The translations under genes were made by a program, and so were the position numbers. From Lingula anatina (taxonomy: Eukaryota > Animalia > Brachiopoda): a stretch of DNA of 64,000 bases. The stretch spans positions 36,909,967-36,973,966 of the forward strand of contig CM120640.1 of the NCBI GenBank assembly GCA_051362555.1. Reading direction: 5' to 3'. Below the pieces are notes generated by a model. The model saw nothing but the letters and a program-made list of their open reading frames with translations. It was not told the DNA's origin and did not search any database. The first letter of the stretch is position 1. Each line of letters starts with the position of its first letter. Below, one piece after another: positions 50,801 through 63,845 of the stretch.

Positions 50801-53290
50801 AGAGCTTTGACAGCTGTAACTAATGAAATGCTTGTGCTGATTGCACACCACTGCCTAAGACATTACAGTGACATCTATGTCACCTCTCGCAGGCCAGTTA
50901 AAAATCATATCATCACTTCTCAACTAAAGAAAGTTACTCATTGCATTTATTTAGACCATATGAAAAAATTTAAAAAAAGAAAAATCTAAATGGAGACTGA
51001 AAATCCTGAAATCGGGCATAATCCTGAAAACTTTTCATCCATGCTCCAACATCTTTTCTTGCATTATTATTTTACTTACAGAAGAAAATCAAGATAAAAG
51101 TAACACAAATCGACCATGGTTTGTGGTACCTTGGACCCAATGTACACGTACATTATAATGGTACCAAATAATAATTTTACGAGACTTCATATTACTGAAG
51201 TACATACAGTATATCTATTAAGGTGCATGACACATGTAAAACAATCCATTAGATAACATTAATTAGTACAGTATTTGTTAGAACTCAAAGGCAAATTAAA
51301 GTATAACTTCAGTAACATGATATGAAAGAAAGAACAGAGGAAAAGAAGAAACACAAGAGAAAGAAAGAGAAAAAATGAAGAAAGAAATAATTAGAATAAC
51401 TGATGCCCTATACTTATGTGAAGAGCAAAGTACAGTGTACTTGTCAGCCATATCAAATTTGTAGAGAGAGCAAACGGTGTCAAGTTTTTAATTCCTAATC
51501 ACTACAGAATTGATAGTTATTATATTTTGCATGCCTCTCATTCTAACGCCCACTTTTCCTATTGCTCCTTAATCTCTCACATAAAATAATCTACAATAAA
51601 AGAACTTGTCCTATACACTATATGACCAATTTGTGACAGTAGACATAAATCACAAGGCATATATAAAAGAGTATTGTAATGCCTGTGTAAAAGCATGAGT
51701 CTGTGCCAGGAGGCAGACATTTAATAGCCAAGTAATGTGGAATGGTCAGGGAAGTTACCAGACACTATATCACCAGACAGCAAAGAACCCAGACAAGTTC
51801 AAAAGAGTTAATATTCCACAGCCAGATGTACATGCGTCTACCCTTGCAAAAATGAATTGATAACAAATTAATAAAGAAATGAAGACACTATAAAATTATC
51901 TATAAAATGTCACCAATATTATAAAATTCCTACAGGGATTTAAAAATACTTGTTGCCAAAGAAAAAAGTGATACTTTGATTAAATATTTATCAACTGTAT
52001 ACAATGCATTGGAAAAAGTATAAATGTTGTCCATCAAGTACTTAATATAGACAAACAAACAGAAAAAATAGAAACAGAACCCAGCAGAACAGAGCATGGA
52101 ATACTGTGTAAATTAATAAATCCTTATGTCAAGCATACCAAAGCACTTCAGAAAATACCTTTTAAAAACTACTAACTTAAATAGCCAGTAACATACCAGT
52201 ATATTAGTAGCACACATAGTAAACTGAGAAACTTTTCTCCAGCTGTTCTAAAAAAGTAAAGAAACACCTAATGTTGTTGTCGGGAAGTTATTTTTTCTGT
52301 AGTAGACCACAATTTTCAATATTAAAGATAAAAATAAACTTTTTATATGTAACTTTTCTTGGGAAATGAATCCCAGTAACCATTGCTCTCCTTTGTCACC
52401 ATGACTAAACACTGTATTTTATTGCCGACTGCCGTCAGGTCACAATATGTTATGCATGCAAAAAAGATTTTGCAACATGAAACTACCCATGTCAAAAATA
52501 CTAGTGCACAGGTTCAAACATAAAATTCAACTTAATATCTATGCCATATTACACTATACCGGTATACCAGTATTATGTGATCAAAGTGGATAAAAAAAAA
52601 AAAAAAACAAGAAGAGGGGGTGGGCAGGGGATCATATGAAATATGGCTTTTCAGTCCTAACAGTATGTTTTTCCTCTATATTTGGGAGGGTTGGGTACTA
52701 AATAGAGACTTCTAATTCAATTTTGTTTTTAAAAAATGGAGAGAAACTCCCCCCTTTATTTAATCAGCATATGTTGACCCCTGGAGTCGCCCTCACCCTA
52801 ATCCCCCTCCCCTCAGTCTGTAGTGACTGACCTCTGCATTCTTTTGGTAAGAATCATTACCAATACCAAGTAAACGCCCAATTACACAACTTTCACTTAT
52901 TGGCCAACCTGTCCATCACGATGACCAGTTGAGAGTAAAGATACAGGTAGACAATCCTACGCTTGACCCTTTCACCTGCCCCTGTTGTATAATCATAATG
53001 TAGCTGTCAACACCTTTGACAGTTAACAAGGACTTAACATCAATACTGTAGTGGATCAGTAAATACAGTAAGATTTAACATAAAATGGTCTATCAAGAAT
53101 TTGTATCAAAGTATTGTGATGGTACTGTACCTTTGGGCATTCCACATGGACCCTTCGTACGTGCATTGTCTAAAAAGTCCAAATCGTATTTCCTTGCTGG
53201 TGGATATGTTAAAGCCACATGAGACAATGAGCTGTGAAACAATCCTTGAAAAGCAAGAATGACAAGCAGCATCCAGTATGTTGTAAACAT
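28838..53290 (-). CDS. Type I membrane protein: signal peptide, His-brace LPMO-like domain, 2 EGF, 3 DOMON, PEPG(S/A)T arrays, SEA, TM (nahoda-like family), 1478-1481 aa
   Basis: Exons 53290-53131, 49680-49610, 45518-45415, 44827-44694, 42480-42385, 41865-41746, 41375-41275, 40928-40856, 40707-39815, 39541-39480, 39116-38845, 38072-37275, 36523-36320, 35977-35774, 35266-35082, 34547-34486, 34099-33831, 33489-33377, 33010-32949, 32716-32550, 32320-32297, then either 31616-31459 or 31144-30996, then 28951-28838. All GT-AG; totals 4446 or 4437 nt, both in frame. Candidate AATAAA on the minus strand at 27560-27555. Resemblance to Drosophila nahoda is from recall. Confidence 0.9.
33132..33186. repeat. 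Perfect 27-bp inverted repeat with 1-nt spacer (intronic)
   Basis: TTATTTTACAAAGTCAGTGGAATTAAT-T-ATTAATTCCACTGACTTTGTAAAATAA. Confidence 0.95.
37275..38072 (-). repeat. Coding 18/36-bp tandem array 2 ([12 protein letters not shown]), one 798-nt exon
   Basis: About 43 hexapeptide units, typically CCAGAACCAGGAAGCACA/CCCGAACCAGGAGCTACT; bounded by an acceptor at 38073 and a donor at 37274. Confidence 0.92.
40017..40630 (-). repeat. Coding 18/36-bp tandem array 1 ([12 protein letters not shown])
   Basis: About 33 hexapeptide units, typically CCAGAACCTGGATCCACA/CCAGAACCCGGAGCAACA, within exon 40707-39815. Confidence 0.92.
42091..42397. repeat. 25-bp minisatellite (about 12 copies) derived from an exon/intron junction
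   Basis: Unit on the minus strand TGTCAGTATCAGG(G/A)TATGTATCCAA; the first copy contains the end of the EGF1 exon and its donor at 42384. Confidence 0.93.
44145..44312. mobile_element. 168-bp MITE with 5-bp target site duplication
   Basis: TIR CAGGCCC(A/G)TAGCCAG at both ends; AATGC on both flanks (44140-44144, 44313-44317); related copy at 55991-56152. Confidence 0.85.
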
Positions 53291-55362
53291 GTTGTTTTTG
53301 GGTGCGTGGTGGCTGGCACTTGAACTAAATGATATACCCACACAGGCCCCTACTTCACTTTCTTATGTGACCACAATGTTGAGATAAAAAAAGTTGATGA
53401 GGTAAAAAATGCCTCTGGCATTAACACTCTTGTCACTTCAACTGTCCTGAACCTGTCAGGTCTTCCACTGGAATCTCTCTCTTTCTCTTCAGCTATCACT
53501 AGTATAATAGTCTAATAGGCACAAACACACACACACACACAGTCACACAGTGTGGTGTGTCTCCAGCTATCTTCTTTTCAAAGTTTTCCTACAACTACCC
53601 TGCTCTGTCCAACCAGGATGGAAACAACTACATGTACGTCAGGCGTAAGTCCCAAAATCTGCAACCTCACTTCACAGTGTGTTGATCCCCACCATTGTCA
53701 CTAATGGCTCGGATGACTCTGCATTAAATCCCCTCTACCGGGCTATTATAACACATCACAGTGTGCAACCAGTAGAAAGTGCTTTCACAGGTGAGTCGGC
53801 CATGCACGGAGATCTGTATCTCAGAGGTCCCTCTCTGTATTCACCTGAGCACAACCACTGACCAGCCTTTGTTGTGACAAATACCATCAATGCATGTGGT
53901 CATGCAATACAGAGGTAGTCAGTCACTCTCTGCACCAAACGGGGCACTGCACTGTGGATAATGCAGCTGAGGTCTTTGTGGGACATGCATTATATACCTG
54001 TAGGCGTTGGCAGGGCTTTGTCCAAAGAAATACCAATAGGCCACTGCCTAATAATTTGTGCTTAATTTGTGTTACACCCTAAATACATAGCTCTATGATT
54101 TGCTACAGAAGAATCAATACTTGTTGTGTTGTTGCATGCTCTACATGTGCAACCTCCCTTTTGTATTTGCTAAAAGCCAAGAAATGTTGCAGACAGAGTG
54201 TCAATATTATATTATTTTTGCTTTCTTATACATGTAGTAACCTTGTACGGGCATGCCTGGATTAAATTTTCTTTCATCTTTTCTGATCAGTGAATCTCAC
54301 AATGTCATGACCAACCCCCTTTCTATCTTCTATCTTATATTTTAACATTGGGTGTATCTGAAATCTGCATGAAATATATCAAAAAAGAAAGAAAAAAGAA
54401 AGATAATAGTCACATCACATGTCATTTCAATGCAAGAAATTGTAAAGGAAGTGCAAAGAGTGTATTTTTGTTTTTGTACATTTAAAGAATCACACAAATG
54501 TCCATGTTACATCCCCATTTAGACCTGGAGAATATTTATCATTGGAATATCCCATTCCTTAGAGCATCCAAACCTAAAAAAAATCATTGGTTTGTTCAAA
54601 ATATGAAAAGTGGGTTAATTCTATTTGATTTCAGGCTTATAAAAAGAAAAATAGGAAAATTGCCCTACTGCACATTACTCTATTTTCACAACAATGCCAC
54701 ACCATGATGCAGCAGAATTCAACACTACATACTCTTTTATGCTTTACTGCATAGAAGGCTATAATGTAAACATCTTTACCTATAAACTACTCTGAACCGC
54801 CACACTTGCTAAGTCACGTGTGTACTAGTAGGAACACATTTTTCACTCTGTTCGGTCAAAGTAAATAAAAAGGAAAGAAAAACCCAGTACCACTCTCTCA
54901 GTACATATCTGAAGGTTTGCATATATTATACTGTACTGTATACGTACCAATTACAAAGAGACACCATTAGTTTCTTTTATTTAACTTTATCCAGATGAAT
55001 AAATTTACAAGGCCCAGGAAAGGACACTATAAAATGCAGCATGCACTCCATGCACTGCCCCCTGAAACTTTCAATATACAAAACTGATAATTTTTGATGA
55101 GGAATGCACCGGATTTCCATGCAAATGGATTACTAAGTTCACCGGGAAAAGGAGTGTAAAATTACCACCACCAATAGTTCATTATTTCATGTCATTCAAT
55201 CTTTTGGCAAAAATAAATAAAAATAAATAAAAATAAAATAAATAAATAAATAATATCTCACTAAGTAAAAAAAATGATTTTATCTTCCCAACAAGTTTTC
55301 AGTGATACACGAAAGAGATGTCTTGAAAGTTTTGGAGAGTTGGGTTCAGAATTAACATTTTT

Positions 55363-55652
55363 TAGCAACTTAAAAGGTATTTTATATAATCAAGAAAAAA
55401 TAATAAAGATATAAAAATTTAACTTTAATACCTGTCAAATAATATCAGCCAACAAACAATGGATTAGTCAGAGTCCTGTTCTTCATTTTCAGAACAACAT
55501 TCTGAAAAAACATTTTTGAGCAACTTAAAAGATATTAATCAGGAACAAAATTAGAGATTAAAAATATAACTGCAGTAACTGTCAATCAATATCAACCAAC
55601 TAGAAATGGACATCTCAGAGTCCTGTTCTTCATTTTCAGAACAATATTCCGA
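55363..55652. repeat. Diverged tandem duplication, 2 x about 156 bp
   Basis: AGCAACTTAAAAG...CAGAGTCCTGTTCTTCATTTTCAGAACAA occurs from about 55363 and again from about 55519. Confidence 0.75.
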
Positions 55653-55990
55653 AGACGAAATTCGCATTTTAAGACTTCATCCGGACGGACAGAAGACCCA
55701 ATTGGGTATGCAATCACAGGAACAGATTTAGATTAAAAAGAGAAAACTGTGCCAACCAGTCGCGGTACTTTAACTGGCAACTTTTTCTTAAATGGATTAC
55801 TGTATGTGCCTTCCCCAGTTGATCTGTCACCCTAAAAAATAATAAATATTAAAATAAAATATAGGCTATGTTAATAATACTATTTTATTATAATATAAGA
55901 CTTTTTACTACTGAAAATAGTTTTAAGAAATTTTTTGATGACACTACCCCCACCCCTTAAGTTAATTACTGAATGAAAATACATTAAAAG

Positions 55991-56152
55991 CAGGCCCATA
56001 GCCAGCAATTTCAAAGGGGGTTCTTTTTCTGAAAAGGTGGACCTTTTACCATGTAACCTTTGTGTTCCTAGATAAAATTTTACCCAGAGGGTACCTTTCC
56101 CCCGCAAAAAAGGGTGTTCATTTCGACCCCCCCCCCCCCGGCTATGGGCCAG
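55991..56152. mobile_element. Second, more diverged MITE copy of the 44145 family, opposite orientation
   Basis: CAGGCCCATAGCCAG...GGCTATGGGCCAG; internal TCTGAAAAGGTGGACCTTTTACCATGTAA matches the reverse complement of 44246-44274 with few changes; TSD not clean. Confidence 0.8.
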
Positions 56153-57038
56153 ATTAGAGTAACAGAACTCGCATATTTTTGATCAATAGCAATACTGAAA
56201 TCACCAGTTATTTCTGCATTTAACTCACCATCCTAGTATGACAGTCTCCATACCTTTTTCCATCGTGGTCCTAAAATTTTTCGCCTTGACTGCACATACC
56301 GGGTAATGACCTTCATACAAAATAAATAAATTAATAAAGACTACCTATTTCGAGTACTATTGCGCTGCATTGTATCCGCAAAAAGGAATATGAAATCCAT
56401 TCACTCTGAAAAACGCCCCTTGAAGACAAATTAATTGACCATTTAAATTTTATAATTACTGACGAGTTTTTGGTAGGGCAAGGGCGAAGGCACAGTGGGC
56501 ATTGGTTCTTTTTTTAGTACCTACAGTACCTACAGTGGTATTTGATCAAAGCCATTCTTCTTATCTTTACAAAAATTATTAAAAAATACACACCTCGTAT
56601 GTCTGTCTGAAATATTTAATTCAAGCCCTTCGCTGAAATACATTTTATTTGCCCTTCACAAGCGTGTAGCAACATTCGTAAGAAAGCGCCGCTTCCGTGT
56701 TTACTGTTACCACGTGAATCTTCGAGATGTGAGCACAAACATTTTGGTCTTTAGTTGGGCCTTTACATACTTATGATTGTTTAAGTGGGATAATTTTCTA
56801 TTTACCAACCTATAGTTCTTCAGTAAAAATCAAATTTCCATTAAGTTACAGTTAATGCATAAATTCATAATTTTTACTGCATCTGTGATCATGTGACAGA
56901 CGAGATTTCAAGATGTCGGACGACGTGAAGGTTTCAACGTGAACCAGTGTACTTGAGCTTTCAGAATACCACTCTGCTCATTAAATTATTGATATCTACT
57001 GTCCAGTTTTGAGGACACTTTTGGTATAAGCAGTCAAG

Positions 57039-58432
<1,394 letters not shown>

Positions 58433-59958
58433 GGTTGAGCTTGGAACTAGGCGTCAACCCAAGTGGTCCAGGTGTATTTCTGGGGGACATATGGACAAAG
58501 AATTTGTCATACAGCTAGAACCACCAAGAGGAATATTTATTACACTTAAAAGGAAAACAGAACAGATGACATCTCTCTCATCCTCAAATTCAACATACTG
58601 TGTATGTATATATGCATATATTTTACAAGCAGAGGGAGAATATTTATATCAAAAATTCTGTGATGAAACCAATTATGGATTAAGTGGTCAGTGTGGATGG
58701 GTGTTTGAAACTAACAGCTGCATTACAGTTAACATATTAGAAGTTTTATCATAACATTTCCATCTTATTATATTTGTACATTAAACATACTCCATTTGTT
58801 TAACATGGGGTCGTGACCTTCGGTGGTGGACAGCTTTTTGAACAAGGGGATCAGAGGATTTGTACATATTGTATTTTCTGGATTATTAAACTTCCGACAT
58901 AACAGGGAATTAATCATAAATGTATTATTTTAAAATGTTTATTTCAAATTTTTGAAATAAAATAATTTAGTTTTTTCTGAAATGTAGATGTTAAAATGTT
59001 GCATTTGTATGAAAACTACATTACAATATGTGAAGAACTTTTCAGTTTTTCTATAAAAGATCTAAACAAGTGTAAGTTAGTTTGCATACTTGGTTATTTA
59101 TGTGTACCCATAGGCAGTAAGTTGCCAAAAGCTTGATAGGTTATATCAAGATGAATTAAATAAAAAATACATAATTTATTTTCATATATAGTCAGTGCTG
59201 TCTCTTCATTCAGCCAGTGATGGGTTCTGTCTCTTGAGCCGCACACAAAACCGTGCACGGTAATAAGAATGGAAAATGGAAAGGGGGGGGGGAGTTAAAA
59301 CGACAATTGTTCACGTGAACGTCCACATTAGTGGGCTGTATTGATGCATCCATGCTCATCCTTCATTGTTCACGATGCTATATTTCCCTTGTCTACTGCC
59401 GCTGACGTGCGTGACGTATCATTTTCATTAAAAAGAACATTGTATGAAAGCGATGAATGATGCAATTACATTTTATGTGAAACTTTTGTCTGAAATATAT
59501 TTTAAACTTGTCTGCCTTCCTACAGATTTTTGCCAGGAGTTGTGAAGGGGCGCATTAAAAGCAGGCACTGTTAGGGAGCTTTAAAAAGGGCAGCCAGATT
59601 GAAGTGTGTCTAATTGCCTTTTGTAGAACAAAATACCAAGTGTCCTGACCGTGCCAACACACTGACTGCAGCAGCGAGCTCCATCCACGATTTCTACTCG
59701 GCCTGATTAACCCTTCGTATTTTACCTGCAAATATCTGGAAAATATCGAAGAGCGTATAATTTCTTATAAAAAAGAAATATTGTAGGTGCTTACTGACAG
59801 GGACCTCTTAAAACGCATTAGCTGAAATACTCATGGGACAGTGTATCAAAACTAAAACCAAGCGGATTACCTAATTGAAATTATATTTAGAGTATAAACC
59901 TGGCACAATTTAAAAATGTAAGATTGCCGAAGGTTTGTGAGAGATAGTGATGCATTAG

Positions 59959-60441
59959 AGCATCTGCGGTGCGAATGGAGCAATAAAAGGTGATCGTCGG
60001 GTCAAGGATTTCGTCTGAACCACTCCGCCTCCCTTTATCGAGGATCATGACGTCTTTCGTGTCAAAAGTATGACTGGTGTTTTGCAGTCACGTAACCCTG
60101 CGACACTGGTGACAATTCAAAAACGGTTTACCCGAAAAAGACCTTGCGATAAAGACGAAACGTCGTGATCTCCGTTTCAACGTAAGAACTGTAGAAGTAT
60201 ATATATTGATGCACCCTTGAAGATCTACATTAAAGTTGTAAAAAACAGTCCGAGCTTTCGGCCCCTGGGCCTTCTTCGGGGATTACCCCGATGATCCCTG
60301 AATCAACATGAATCCTCAACGTAAGAACTGCAAACGCCTTTGCCGAGATCCCGCAGAGTGCACGTGCTCCTGACTAAAGCTTTCCAGGTCTCCGAGACAT
60401 ATTTTAAAATCTGCCGCAGATCCATTCGCACCGCAGATGCT
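59959..60441. mobile_element. About 480-bp element bounded by 21-bp perfect inverted repeats, with internal hammerhead-like motifs
   Basis: AGCATCTGCGGTGCGAATGGA (59959-59979) and TCCATTCGCACCGCAGATGCT (60421-60441); CpG-rich interior unlike the flanks; internal direct repeat TCAACGTAAGAACTG at 60177 and 60316. Confidence 0.7.
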
Positions 60442-60461
60442 ATATGTTGAAAATTGTACAT

Positions 60462-60465
<4 letters not shown>

Positions 60466-60508
<43 letters not shown>
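60466..60508. repeat. (CT)n microsatellite
   Basis: Direct reading; source of the ER/LS-repeat ORFs. Confidence 0.95.
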
Positions 60509-60511
<3 letters not shown>

Positions 60512-61371
60512 ATTTTGAAACACATTTTAACATTTTGAAACGGTTGACTATAGATCGATCGTGTTCCCTTCAGAAAATATACTTAGAAATCGATCCTTTT
60601 TGTATTCTATATCATAGCTCAGGGACTGATCATGATATTTTTAAATTATACCTTAGGGCATGCTATGTACATCATTCTATTTGAAACATATCCAGTTTCT
60701 TTTTAAATTCATCTCATTATGCAATAGTGCAATTATTCAAGTGTTTAAAATGGCATGATGTTATTTTCAGTGTTTGCAAATCACACATTTCAAAGTTGAG
60801 TGTAAAAACGCAATTTTCACGATGTTGGAGCTCAGGTAAGATTGTTTATTTAGCCAATCAACTACCTTATCATATTATTATAATCTGCATTGTATAAGTC
60901 AAATTTTATTCTTAATATTTACATTTGTGAATGACAAGCAATTTATGAACATAAATTCGCTTTTTGGGGGTAGTTTTTGATTCAATCTAAAATACACAAT
61001 TAAAGTAAAATTGATATGTAGTGGATTTTTAGAACCTATACTATACTCTATTTGGAATGTATTTTTGTTCTCCAAATTTTGTAAATGAAAAATTTAAATT
61101 ATTAACACAAAGCAGTTTCATTATAATTGTACGAATTTTAATTTTAATTAAAATGATATAAGTAAATTCTGTAGGTGCCAATTTTCACATTTATCATTTC
61201 CGGTCAAATTCAAATGGTTAATATCGCCTGTCGACCTATTCTTTGTCCAATGAATCCAGTCCTGTTCAAAAGATGTTCTATTTCCTCATTATATTTTATT
61301 ACTTGAGCACATGAGTCCTCCAGTAAGTATACAATTGATTCTTAGGGCAAGTGTATCAAATTTGAGGAATG

Positions 61372-61857
61372 AAAGGAGGTGTCAGATGGGGCAAGTTCAC
61401 TCCATTTTTGGGGTGACAGGTGAAGTTCATTCCATTTAAGGGGTGAGTGGTGGGAAGAATCCATTCCATTTGAGGGACGACAGGTGGGATGATTCCATTC
61501 CGTTTTAGGGGTGACAGGTGGGACGAGTTTATTCGATTGAAGGGGTGACTGGTGGGAAGAATCCATTCCACTTGAGGGGTGACAGGTGGGGCGAGTTCAT
61601 TCCATTTGAGGGGTGGCAGGTGGGACGATTCCATTTCATTTGAGGGGTGACAGGTGGGGTGATTCCATTCCATTTGAGGGGTGACAGGTGGGGCCAGTTC
61701 ACTTCATTTGAGGGATGACAGGTAGGACGATTCCATTCCATTTGAGGGGTGACAGGTGGGACGAGTTGACTTCATTTGAGGGGTGACAGGTGGGGCGAGT
61801 CCATTCAATTTCAGGGGTGGCAGGTGGGGCGATTCCATTTTTTTGAGGGGTGACAGA
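61372..61857. repeat. G-rich 33/34-bp minisatellite (about 14 copies, about 67-bp dimer)
   Basis: Unit GAGGGGTGACAGGTGGG(G/A)CGA(G)TTC(C)ATTCCATTT with alternating variants. Confidence 0.92.
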
Positions 61858-63697
61858 CATGTTGCTACAAACAAATTTAAATCTAATGAATAGACTGCAA
61901 GATTGCTAATTTATACATTATATTGAAATTTAGATATTCTTTCAGCGGGTCAATTGTCCAATTTAATATTTACAAAAAACTGTGCATTATTGCAAAGCTT
62001 CAAACCATTTCAATTTTAAATATCGCCAGGTTTCATAGAAAAGCTTCATTCCAAAAAGAAATTTACACCATTTTTCCAGATTGAACTTGAAACACATCTG
62101 TGTAATCTTTTCCCTTTTCCATTTTAATATTGCTGCACTGTGTATTTTATATTTATATGAAAAAATAACGAGGAATTATAAAAATATTTATTCGGATTTG
62201 ATATAAGAGATACATGAAATTGAGCATGATATATGTCAACCAAAGACCTTGTTGCTTGCAGGCCCATGTCGCACAGTTTCTCCCTGTGTTTCTGAAATGA
62301 CAAAATAATTAATAGAAATTTTGATTCAACTGACATAATGAGAACATTTTGACTTATTCTAAAGAAGCGCAAAACATCTTATTTGAACATTTTCTTTTGA
62401 AAATATATGAAATAAATTACACATAACTTGGATGAAAGTACAATCAAGTTTTAATATACATGTAGTTGGTTGTGTAATGGAGGGACAGAATACGGCACAC
62501 TGGAGACGGTAGTCAACCTGCGTAAAACTTTCATATGTAAACCATCGCTTTATGAGCAAATGACATCTGCGTGAACGTGTGTTGTATTATATATTAAAAC
62601 ACTTACCTTACAAAAAGATCCTTGACAGCATGTCAATCTTTAAGCATAAATGGATTGCCCAAGTGTAATCTGAAACAAGCAAGAGAACTTTAATAACTAT
62701 GTGGACCCTTATTCTTGTAGTAATAATTATAATGATAAAATGATGTATTTTAAAAATTGCTAATTTTTCCCAGGTGAAATGATAAATCCATTAAATCCAT
62801 ACAGTACATAAATATAACCCAAAAGAAATCGTTGAAAAACATCGTAATTATCTTCAAAAGCGACGTTTGAAATGTTAATTCAATTTGCCTTTGAAATTAA
62901 AGTACACCTTGATTAGGCAGACTTCTTGTATCCAAAACTCAGAACTATGACAAGTCTTTTTTGTGCAGTTATGCTTATATTTACAAGAACAAAATTTAAA
63001 TGAAGTCAATTAAATTAATTTCCAGGGGTCATACAAAAATTTCACACGTGCAGAACTAAATATAGCTAGTTTGAAAGATTTCAAGCAAACTTATTTTTTC
63101 ATCAATGGTCAGCTGAAAGCACCATTTCTCCTGTACGTTTGTAGTCCCAAAGCATGGTTAACAACATATTCTGACATTGTGATTGACATTCAAGTAACAA
63201 TGAGCATAATATTACAACAAATCGCGCTACTAATATATACAGTAAATTTTCTCTCATTCGGCACCTGTGTTTTCATGAGGGAGGTTATTGAAGAAGTAGT
63301 GCTACTTACCACATACTTGCTTCTACGTCTTATAAAAGCTAAAACTTGTGAATTCACCACACATAATGATGCGTCTTCACTCAACTGTGCCCAACTGCAG
63401 AGTGAGTATTCAGCTTGCACTACGACGGGCAACTTATTGTTATGCAAATTACAACAGCTTTGGCCCATTTTGGGTGAGAGGCTTTGGCTAAAACTGCTCA
63501 CAAATGTTTACTGTCAAAATATCTTGGACATAATAATTCCTTTTTATGTCCAAGAAATATTAACGTACATTTTTGATACAAGTGAAGCCCACTTGTTGTT
63601 AAAATATACTACTTAAACACAAAAACTACTTTTAAAAATCACAATTGAATAAAGCGTTTTTATGACTCTGTCTATATCTTAAAACCTAAGATCCACA

Positions 63698-63845
63698 CCC
63701 AGCAGGCATAGTTGCGTTGGGTCAACGTTGAAAACAGGTTGATATTGAATTGCCGTTGATCTACCTTAATTCAAAGTTAAATCAACGTTGATTCAGCCAC
63801 GTCGAAACACCGTCATAATGTGACGTTGACTCAACGTTGTATTTT
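63698..63845. mobile_element. Probable terminus of a non-autonomous DNA transposon (CCCAGCA end, ACGTTG/CAACGT subterminal repeats; EnSpm/CMC-like)
   Basis: CCCAGCAGGCA followed by repeated palindromic TCAACGTTGA motifs; the other end is not in the window. Confidence 0.5.

Noticed and set aside
58491-58754. 87-aa ORF after SMIM7
   Set aside because: Lies in the SMIM7 3' UTR with no recognisable motif.
61342-61741. Pro/His/Trp repeat ORFs
   Set aside because: Translations of the G-rich minisatellite.
63071-63616. 181-aa plus-strand ORF and 103-aa minus-strand ORF
   Set aside because: Non-ATG starts, no recognisable domain or supporting exon chain.
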